A DNA stretch of 64,000 nt from a virus, in IMG/VR virus record IMGVR_UViG_3300005525_000034, positions 6,830 to 70,829 of that record, one strand, 5' to 3'. Below, one piece after another: positions 57,225-64,000 of this stretch (positions within the stretch are counted from its first letter, which is position 1; each line of letters starts with the position of its first letter). Made by a program: the position numbers and the translations under genes. The notes under the pieces are model-generated. The model was given only the letters and a program-made list of their open reading frames with translations. It made no database searches and was not told the origin of the DNA.

Positions 57225-57427
57225 CACCTGAGCTGATGCTGAACCTGCGGCAGTGCGCCTGCCGCCGTGCCCACCTGGCCGGCGCCGAGGCGGCCCGCCT
57301 CGAGGCCGAAGCGAAGGAAGCCCAGCGGCGAGCTGTTGCAGCGCGCTGCCTCTACTTCCGCGAGCTGGCAACGGTCGATCGGGTTGGCGGTCATCCCACG
57401 CCGTTCGACGCCCTGGACGGATGCTGA
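57221..57427 (+). CDS. Hypothetical protein
   Basis: Overlaps both thyX stop and dcd start. Confidence 0.5.
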   Translation: MTPELMLNLRQCACRRAHLAGAEAARLEAEAKEAQRRAVAARCLYFRELATVDRVGGHPTPFDALDGC

Positions 57428-58041
57428 AGAACGATCGGTGGATCAAGGCCCAGGCCGCGGCCGGGATGATCTGCCCCTTCGAGCCGCGCCTGATCCGTGA
57501 GATCAGCCTGGCCCCGGATGGCGCATCCCTGGTTCAGGGCTTCCCCACCCTGCCGGTGCTCAGCTACGGCTGCAGCAGCTACGGCTACGACGTGCGGCTC
57601 TCTTCCAGGGAGTTCCTGATCTTCCGGCACGTGCCCGGCACGGTGATGAACCCCAAGCGGTTCAACCCGGCCAACCTCGAGCCGGCCCCCCTGCAGCACG
57701 ATGAAGACGGGGCTTACTTCATCCTCCCGGCCCACTCCTACGGGCTCGGCGTGGCGCTGGAGCGGCTGCGGGTGCCGGCGAACATCACGGTGGTTTGCCT
57801 GGGCAAGAGCACCTATGCGCGTCTGGGCATCATCGTCAACACCACCCCGGCCGAGGCCAGCTGGAAGGGGCATCTGACCCTGGAGTTCAGCAACGCCAGC
57901 GGGGCCGACTGCCGCATCTACGTCAACGAGGGGATCTGCCAGCTGCTGTTCTTCGAGGGCGATCCCTGCGACACCACCTACCAGGACCGCGCCGGGAAGT
58001 ACCAGGGCCAGCCGGAGCGGGTCACCCTGGCACGGGTCTAG
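57421..58041 (+). CDS. dcd: dCTP deaminase
   Basis: MLKNDRWI, SYGCSSYGYD, GKSTYARLG, TPAEASWKGHLTLE, NEGICQLLF, YQDRAGKYQ. Confidence 0.93.
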   Translation: MLKNDRWIKAQAAAGMICPFEPRLIREISLAPDGASLVQGFPTLPVLSYGCSSYGYDVRLSSREFLIFRHVPGTVMNPKRFNPANLEPAPLQHDEDGAYFILPAHSYGLGVALERLRVPANITVVCLGKSTYARLGIIVNTTPAEASWKGHLTLEFSNASGADCRIYVNEGICQLLFFEGDPCDTTYQDRAGKYQGQPERVTLARV

Positions 58042-58343
58042 TGAAGAAGCGAGGAGCCGCGGAACGGTTCACGGCAGACACGGACGAGAACGTCATCCCC
58101 GCGGGCCGGGATGGGCGAGGAGCCGCGGTGGGCGATGACCTCGTGGGCATCGGGGTGCGAGAGGAGAATGCGCCTGGCGTGGATGAGCGCGAGGTTGTGA
58201 ATGGATTGCCCGGCGGCGGCCGGAAGATCAAGGGGATCGACGGAGAGGGGGTCGTCTTCGCTGGCCGAACCGTAGATCGAGAGCCAGATGCGGATTCTGC
58301 GCGTTTGGTGGCTGGTGGGTGCGAAGCCTCTATTCATGGTCAT
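58038..58343 (-). CDS. Hypothetical protein
   Basis: Probable ATG at 58343 after GAGGA. Confidence 0.5.
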   Translation of the reverse strand: MTMNRGFAPTSHQTRRIRIWLSIYGSASEDDPLSVDPLDLPAAAGQSIHNLALIHARRILLSHPDAHEVIAHRGSSPIPARGDDVLVRVCREPFRGSSLLH

Positions 58344-58380
58344 TCGATTAGAGTGTTCCTCTAGGGATAGACGGTGAACT

Positions 58381-58575
58381 TCATGGCGTGTTCTGCTCAT
58401 GCCCGCAGAAGTGCCAGGGGCCGAGCATGATTCGCCAGCCCCAGTGCTCGCGGACGACGCCAAGGCCGGCCCATCCAAGGTGAATGCCAATCCACCAGTG
58501 AGCCCAGGCGCCGGTTTGATGCTCATGGCGATCACGCCAGCGGCGCCGATGCCGTCTCCACTTCAGGGATGCCAT
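58381..58575 (-). CDS. Small Trp/Arg-rich protein
   Basis: AAGGAG RBS; 64 aa. Confidence 0.45.
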   Translation of the reverse strand: MASLKWRRHRRRWRDRHEHQTGAWAHWWIGIHLGWAGLGVVREHWGWRIMLGPWHFCGHEQNTP

Positions 58576-58587
58576 TAGTCTCCTTCT

Positions 58588-58857
58588 CTACGGCGTGGAT
58601 TGAGCAAGAACTGCAGTCCCAAGCCTCAGATGGTCTTCGGAGGAGCAGAAGCCTTCGCTGAGTGAAGGGTTGCTGTCGTGCTCAGGGCATCGACAACACC
58701 TGACAAAAGCTGGCGATGGCTTGGGGAGATAGCCGGTATCAGCAGCGCTCAGAGCAACCCCGTATCGAGCCTTGTCTGCGCTGACGGCCAGCGTGAAGGC
58801 GTTACCCAAGTCTTCCTGACCTGGAATCCAGCAGCGATAGGCGCGTGGGTCTGACAT
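58588..58857 (-). CDS. Hypothetical protein
   Basis: 89 aa, RBS-like AGGAGG upstream. Confidence 0.55.
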   Translation of the reverse strand: MSDPRAYRCWIPGQEDLGNAFTLAVSADKARYGVALSAADTGYLPKPSPAFVRCCRCPEHDSNPSLSEGFCSSEDHLRLGTAVLAQSTP

Positions 58858-58898
58858 CCTCTAGTCCTCCTGTCTTGTGGGTGTTGTGTGAAGCCTGG

Positions 58899-59798
58899 TC
58901 ATGCACGCTGAAACAGCCAGCTTGGCGGGCCGGGCGGCACGGGGTAGCCGAGCTCCTCTGAGAAGCGCTTGCCGCGGCCGATCAAGCGCCAGCCATGCAG
59001 CTCTGCCCCGATCGGCTGCTGGCGGGCCCAGTAGCTGACCATCTGGCGGCTCATGTTGAGCCGGCGCGCCAGCTCCGGACCGGTGAGGATCTCGGTTGCT
59101 GCTGGCGTGCTGGGCGCGGCGCTCACCAGCTGAGCCGGCTGGTGACGTGGCAGGGTCTGAGCGGAAGGGCCAGGCAGCTCCAGCCGGGCATGGTGATCGA
59201 TCAGCCATTGCATGAAATGCGTGGCCAGGGGCCTGGCGAAGCGCATCGAGCGGCGCCGCTGCGCGAAGGGCACATCGGTCAGGCCGGCATCGACGGTGTC
59301 GACGTAGTCGTCCACCAGCTGGCACCAGTTCGCCGGCGCGGTGAGCACCGTGGTGGGCTCTGCAGTGGCGATCGGCTGGGCGACGGATTGAGTGTCCCGC
59401 ATCTGGGACTGTCGGCCGGCCGCGGCCTCGAGGAACCAGCCATCCATCCAGACGGCGAAGGCCGGGCTGATCCAGCGGGCCAGGTCTACCGCCAGGCGGG
59501 GATGGATCCAGGTGCCCTGCAGTTCGGGCCGGCCGCCTTGAATGGATTGCACCAGTTCCGTGGCGGGAAATCTCGCCACGGCTGCGCCGCAAGCGATTTG
59601 AGTCCGCACAGCAGCCGCGAGGGCACGGATGTACTCCTGAGTGCGCTCCGTGATCGCGTAGTCGCGCCAGCGCTTGCCATTGGCCTTGCACATGGCCGTG
59701 GCGTTCACGTAGCCATCGCTGGGCCGGCGTTGGATCTCCACGCCGTTCCAGATGCGGCAATCCATCCCCAGGGGGGAAAGAGAGCTGTTCATGGTCAT
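58899..59798 (-). CDS. KilA-N domain DNA-binding protein
   Basis: IQRRPSDGYVNATAMCKA.GK, QGTWIHPRLAVDLARWISPAF; C-terminal HTH-like ELARRLNMSRQMVSYW. Confidence 0.88.
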   Translation of the reverse strand: MTMNSSLSPLGMDCRIWNGVEIQRRPSDGYVNATAMCKANGKRWRDYAITERTQEYIRALAAAVRTQIACGAAVARFPATELVQSIQGGRPELQGTWIHPRLAVDLARWISPAFAVWMDGWFLEAAAGRQSQMRDTQSVAQPIATAEPTTVLTAPANWCQLVDDYVDTVDAGLTDVPFAQRRRSMRFARPLATHFMQWLIDHHARLELPGPSAQTLPRHQPAQLVSAAPSTPAATEILTGPELARRLNMSRQMVSYWARQQPIGAELHGWRLIGRGKRFSEELGYPVPPGPPSWLFQRA

Positions 59799-60028
59799 TC
59801 CCGCTCAAGGCGGGCAGAGAGATTCCCTGCTGTCGCCAGCAGGTCGCCTCACCATACACACGCTGGCGAGGTGCTGATCAAGAGGATGCCGGGCCTCCGA
59901 TGGGGTTTCAGGGGGCGTCTCTCGGCACCCCCACCCCTGCGCTGCTTCCCCTCACGGGTGTTGTATCCGCGCCGACCCGGCTGCAGGAGGCTACGACCCG
60001 TCGACGGATCAACCGTGGACGGGAAGCA

Positions 60029-60505
60029 TCACTCGTCGATCAGGGCCCGGTACTCGCTGCCGTTGAACACGCAGTAGGCAGTGCCCTGGTCGTAGCCGCC
60101 AAAACCGTTGCGAGAGCGGAAGTCGATCTGGGCAGCCCAGCCCTCGCCGGGTTTCACGTCGACGATCTGGGCGCTGATGCGTTCGTAGCTGCCAGGGTCA
60201 CGGAGGATCGCCTTGACGGCCCGGTCGCAGTTGGTGCGACCGATGAAGGTGGTGCTGCCCACCTCAGGAAGGCGACTGCCATCAGCTGCAAGCCTGCTGT
60301 TGCTGATGGTGCTGGTTGCATCTGCCTGGGCAGCGCTGAGATCAGGGGTGAACCGCACGATCAGGGTTGCCAGCAGCCACATCAGCAGTGAACCGCCAAT
60401 GCCTACCAGCACCAGGACCCCATAGACCTTGGCGGCCGTGATCGCAATGCGCTTGGCGGTCCATTTCCTGGGAGGAGGGCTGTCGCCGGGGAGAAGCTCG
60501 GTCAT
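60029..60505 (-). CDS. Membrane-anchored hypothetical protein
   Basis: N-terminal TM helix; VKAILRDPGS...RSRNGFGGY. Confidence 0.65.
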   Translation of the reverse strand: MTELLPGDSPPPRKWTAKRIAITAAKVYGVLVLVGIGGSLLMWLLATLIVRFTPDLSAAQADATSTISNSRLAADGSRLPEVGSTTFIGRTNCDRAVKAILRDPGSYERISAQIVDVKPGEGWAAQIDFRSRNGFGGYDQGTAYCVFNGSEYRALIDE

Positions 60506-60582
60506 GGTGGTTCAGGGGTGGAGGGTGAGATGAGCATCGCAGCGGCCCTGTAGGGGCACCAGGCCGCTGCGATGCGGTGTTG

Positions 60583-60963
60583 TCAGGCCATGGCCAGGTA
60601 GGCCTCGAGGGACTGGCGCCGCTCGGCGATCCAGTCAGCCAGCAGGGCCCGGGCGGCCGCGGCCAGTTGCTCGAGCTGCGGCACCAGGGGCAGGGCCGGC
60701 AGAGGTGCCGGTGGGGTGCTGGGCACCAGCAGGGCGGCGTAGGCCTTGCCGAGGCGCTCGCTGAAGCCAGGCAGGCCATCCCAGAGGCGGCGGGCGCCGC
60801 GGCCGGCCAGCAGGGCGAGCACCACCAAGACCTTGAGGCCTTGGATGACGATCTGGGCGACCTCAGCCCAGTCGATCTGATCGTTCAGCCAGCGCAGGTG
60901 ACGCGCCAGGGTCCCGGCCAGGCGGCCCAGATCGCCGGTGGTCGATTTATGCAGTTTCTGCAT
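60583..60963 (-). CDS. Hypothetical protein with hydrophobic segment
   Basis: GGAGA RBS, ATG at 60963. Confidence 0.55.
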   Translation of the reverse strand: MQKLHKSTTGDLGRLAGTLARHLRWLNDQIDWAEVAQIVIQGLKVLVVLALLAGRGARRLWDGLPGFSERLGKAYAALLVPSTPPAPLPALPLVPQLEQLAAAARALLADWIAERRQSLEAYLAMA

Positions 60964-61072
60964 TTTCTGTCTCCGAAGGGATCGGCGGCCAGACCATCGC
61001 TTCCAGGTCATGGCTGCCACAGCTCCCCGTGATGGGGCCAGAAATGACTCACGCCCCCGAAGGGGCTTGCCC

Positions 61073-61255
61073 TCAGAACCACTCCTGAAGCTCGGCGGTG
61101 GCGTCAGCCATGCCGGCGTCGATCGTGTCGGCCAGCTGGCGCATCTCTGCAGCCAGGGCCAGGCCCCGATCGATGGAGCGGCCGTACGCCTCCATGGCCT
61201 CATCCAGCAGGCGGATGAGCTCCTCGGTGGCGAGGGCGGCGGTGGTGTCGGTCAT
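61073..61255 (-). CDS. Small acidic helical protein (paralog of 33431-33631)
   Basis: Shared C-terminal 40 aa; GGAGA RBS. Confidence 0.75.
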   Translation of the reverse strand: MTDTTAALATEELIRLLDEAMEAYGRSIDRGLALAAEMRQLADTIDAGMADATAELQEWF

Positions 61256-61275
61256 CGGTCTCTCCGGTGATGGAT

Positions 61276-61366
61276 GAGCCCCCAGGCGGGACTCGAAAGT
61301 GCCTGGGTTGAGGCCACCTCCGGAACCGGGGCCGACGCCCCGCGGACTATGTGGTTGTCAAGGTTC
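61276..61366 (-). promoter_or_regulatory. Conserved structured leader (copy 2) with boxA-like GAACCTTGACAACCACATAG
   Basis: Aligns with 33314-33410; hairpins preserved despite sequence changes. Confidence 0.65.
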
Positions 61367-61418
61367 GGGGGATCCCCCACGCACCGAATCTTACCATCCA
61401 AGATTCTGAATGAGCAGA

Positions 61419-62906
61419 TCAGACCATCGCCACCCAGCTGGAGTCCAGGGGCCGCTGCACCGAACCGGCATGACAGGTCAGGGCCAAGGCCATCACTGCA
61501 TCGTCGTGCTGGCCGGCCGCGGCCTCCCGCTTGCCCTTGTCGGTCTGGCGGAAATTCCGCATCTCCTTGCCCAGGTAGCTGTCGGGCGGGATGGTGAGCT
61601 CCTGCTGCTCGAGCAGAAGCACGATCCGGTCGGTCATCAGGATCTTGCTGACGTTGCTGGTGCTCACCTCCTCGACCAGGCAGTCAGGCCGGAGGATGCA
61701 GAGGCCCTCGGCGATGGCGGTGCCGACGCCGTTCTTCTCCACGCAGGTGAGGACCGGCTGGTACTGGTCATAGAGCCGGGCGGCGTTGCGCATGCCGTAG
61801 TCCCGGCTGTTCTGGTTCTCGTAGAAGCCGGCGACGACCTTCCAGGGGGCGGTGGTGACATCCACGACGATGACGGCGAAGTTGTCGTTGCCGCCGCCGT
61901 TGGGGTCAATGCCCATCACGTAGCAGTGGCCACGCTTCGGGTTTTCCCAGCCGCCGGAGGCCTCCGCCAGCTCAATCAGCTCGTGGGCAAAGATCTCGAA
62001 GTCGCTGGCGGCAAAGTCGAGCTCGTACTCCTGGGCCCACTGCTTGAGCGTCAGCTGGCGCTTGCGGCGGGTGGTCTCCGCCCAGTCGGCCCGCTCCCCG
62101 TAGATGGGGTGCTGGGAGTAGTGGATGGCGACCTTGGCAAACTGGTTGTCGGGGCTGATCTGCAGCCGCGGCACCCTCGAGGCGCCCATGGGGGTCGGAT
62201 CGATCACCACCTCCCCGTGGTCCTCCTGCCAGTGGTCGGAGAAGGGGCCGCTGCGGCCGTTGGGGGTGGTGACCCAGACGTGGCGGGCCCGGTCGCCCAG
62301 CATCGAAGTGGTGGGCAGGGCGCCGGTCTCGATGCCCTGGAGCTTGTCGATGAAGGCCGCCTCGTCGAACAGGATGAAGGAGGCCGACGGGATGCCCCGG
62401 GCGGCCCGCTCGGTCGGCGGCAGGAAGTGCAGGGAACCGGCGCCGTCGAACACGATCTTGCGCATCGAGTCCTTGCTGAACTTCGGGCAGCGATCGCGCA
62501 GGGTGGCCGCCTGGCCCTTGATTCGGGCCGCCAACTCTGATGCGTCATCACCTGTCTTGCTGAAAACCACCCCGGTCCAGGCCGGCTTACGGATCGCCTG
62601 GCTGAGCATGTAGCTGATGACCGTCTCGCTCACGCCCGTCTGGCGGCTCTTGAGCACGTAGGTGTTGGTGCAGCGCCGGATCGTCCTGACCAGGTCGATC
62701 TGGTAGGCGTACGGGTCGAAAGGGACGTAGCGGCCGCCGGAGGCCACCAGGGTTTCGTGGGCGAACTTCGGCCACTTCTTCGGGAGGCTGTCCCAAGGGT
62801 TGACCTTCCGGTTGATGTCCGAGACCAGCGGCTCGTCGGAGTACCAGTCGGCCAGGCTGGGCCCCGAGAAGCCCCGCGCGCGCAGCTGCTGGTTCCGCAG
62901 GGCCAT
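61419..62906 (-). CDS. terL: Terminase large subunit
   Basis: VLKSRQTGVS (Walker A), ILFDEAAF (Walker B), TTPNG, MGIDP, HDDAVMALAL. Confidence 0.92.
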   Translation of the reverse strand: MALRNQQLRARGFSGPSLADWYSDEPLVSDINRKVNPWDSLPKKWPKFAHETLVASGGRYVPFDPYAYQIDLVRTIRRCTNTYVLKSRQTGVSETVISYMLSQAIRKPAWTGVVFSKTGDDASELAARIKGQAATLRDRCPKFSKDSMRKIVFDGAGSLHFLPPTERAARGIPSASFILFDEAAFIDKLQGIETGALPTTSMLGDRARHVWVTTPNGRSGPFSDHWQEDHGEVVIDPTPMGASRVPRLQISPDNQFAKVAIHYSQHPIYGERADWAETTRRKRQLTLKQWAQEYELDFAASDFEIFAHELIELAEASGGWENPKRGHCYVMGIDPNGGGNDNFAVIVVDVTTAPWKVVAGFYENQNSRDYGMRNAARLYDQYQPVLTCVEKNGVGTAIAEGLCILRPDCLVEEVSTSNVSKILMTDRIVLLLEQQELTIPPDSYLGKEMRNFRQTDKGKREAAAGQHDDAVMALALTCHAGSVQRPLDSSWVAMV

Positions 62907-62909
62907 GGA

Positions 62910-63320
62910 TCAGAAATCCTCCTCTGGATCGATCTCGAGGCTCTGTTGCTCGGAGAAGGTGATCTCCGGCGCGTTCTTGACCCAGTGCGCAGCGATCTGG
63001 GCATTGGCCTGGATCATCGCCATCGGGTTGCGCTGGCTGGCCGCCAGCCGGTAGGCGTTCTCGAAGCGCACCAGACAGATCGCTGCGATCCGTCGCTTGT
63101 CCAGCTGGCTCATGCCATTGACGATCGCGTCGTAGGCGGAGTCGACCAGGGCCCTGGCGCCGGACTCCTTCAGGCCGAACTCCTCAGAGGCGTAGTCCCG
63201 CAGCTGGCTGTTATCCCATCCGAGCTTGATCAGCTGCATGATCTTGCGAATGCGGTATTCACGTTCGCTCTTCGTTGAGCGGCGCTTGATAGGACGAGGC
63301 TCCTCCTTCTTAGCCACCAC
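62910..63320 (-). CDS. Putative terminase small subunit
   Basis: Helical HTH-like protein immediately upstream of TerL. Confidence 0.6.
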   Translation of the reverse strand: MVAKKEEPRPIKRRSTKSEREYRIRKIMQLIKLGWDNSQLRDYASEEFGLKESGARALVDSAYDAIVNGMSQLDKRRIAAICLVRFENAYRLAASQRNPMAMIQANAQIAAHWVKNAPEITFSEQQSLEIDPEEDF

Positions 63321-63984
63321 TCAGGAATTGATCGAGGATGTGCTGTAGCCGCTGCTCGGTGGTGCGGATCTTCGGAAGTGCGGCCGAGAGCTGCTGCAAT
63401 GATTGCAGGAAGGTGTCGAAGTCGCTCGGATCCTCGAAGTTCAGCTTCACCTCCAGTTTGCCCTGGCTGCCGGTATTTCCGTCATCCTCCTTCTCCTCCT
63501 GCTCCAGATCACCCATCAGCTGATCGAGCTCGGCCTCGGTCCAGAAGCTGTCGAGGTGCAGATCAGGATCTTCCTCCTGCAGGCTGGCCAGGGTGGCGGC
63601 ATCCCACTCGGACAGATCTGAAGCCCTGTTGTCCGCGATGGCGTAGCGGACCTTCTGCCGCTCGTCCAGATCGGTGCGCTGCACCGCCACCAGGGTGTTG
63701 CCGTCGGCCGGCACCACCAGCACCCGATCGATGCCAAGCGAGGCCGCGGCCTCCAGGGTGCCGTTGCCAGCCAGAACCATGCCGGCCTCGTCGATGACGA
63801 TCGAACGGGCCGCACCGAACTCCGAGAGGCTGTTCTCGATCTGGACGGCCGATCGCTCTGTACGTCGCCGCGCATTCTTGGGATCCGGTCTCAGTTGGGC
63901 CAATGTGACCAGCTGCGGATGTGCAGCATCTAATGAGACCCCAGCTGCCGCCTTGGTTCTCGTCTGTTGAGACCGTGGGCCCAT
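63310..63984 (-). CDS. ParB/Srx-like domain protein
   Basis: LRPDPKNARR, SLSEFG..RSIVID..G.VLAGNGT.EAA, YAIADNRASDLSEWD. Confidence 0.8.
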   Translation of the reverse strand: MGPRSQQTRTKAAAGVSLDAAHPQLVTLAQLRPDPKNARRRTERSAVQIENSLSEFGAARSIVIDEAGMVLAGNGTLEAAASLGIDRVLVVPADGNTLVAVQRTDLDERQKVRYAIADNRASDLSEWDAATLASLQEEDPDLHLDSFWTEAELDQLMGDLEQEEKEDDGNTGSQGKLEVKLNFEDPSDFDTFLQSLQQLSAALPKIRTTEQRLQHILDQFLSGG

Positions 63985-64000
63985 AAGCGAAGCGGACGGA

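Noticed and set aside
569-62500. Scattered GCGATCGC (HIP1) octamers, roughly a dozen seen
   Set aside because: CGATCG is common in GC-rich coding DNA; enrichment needs a Markov-corrected count that I cannot run
1-64000. Integrase, att sites, tRNA or rRNA genes, transposases
   Set aside because: None recognisable, so prophage versus free phage cannot be decided from this window

Overview
The whole window reads as one GC-rich tailed phage or prophage (siphovirus-like). The host is probably a picocyanobacterium, inferred from the cyanobacterial-type Dcd, ThyX, group-2-like sigma factor, NblA-like ORF and rRNA boxA-like motifs. The left end (+) holds ERF recombinase, SSB-like, nuclease and endolysin genes. 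The long minus-strand morphogenesis region runs from ParB-like/TerS/TerL (61.4-64 kb) through portal, MuF, DUF2213 protease/scaffold, decoration, DUF2184 capsid, neck, major tail, frameshifted tail chaperones, tape measure, tail tip and two giant fibres/spikes to a holin-like gene. Accessory blocks interrupt the head module. The most striking is a ~13.5 kb cassette (33.7-47.5 kb) between MuF and the DUF2213 gene. Its proteins share the same targeting-like parts (helical leader, R-x-D|small motif, Cys-rich micro-module) fused to very different effectors: kinase, zincin, LPD1, ParB, GNAT-like, ferritin-like and J-domain. The same R-x-D motif starts the portal, the capsid protein and DUF2213, which suggests a protease-processed, capsid-packaged cargo system. 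Other notable items are two paralogous small genes with conserved boxA-like structured leaders, a repeated 16-bp operator-like motif and a sigma/alpha-CTD/NblA-like host-takeover cluster. All family calls come from motif recognition by eye; no searches were run.
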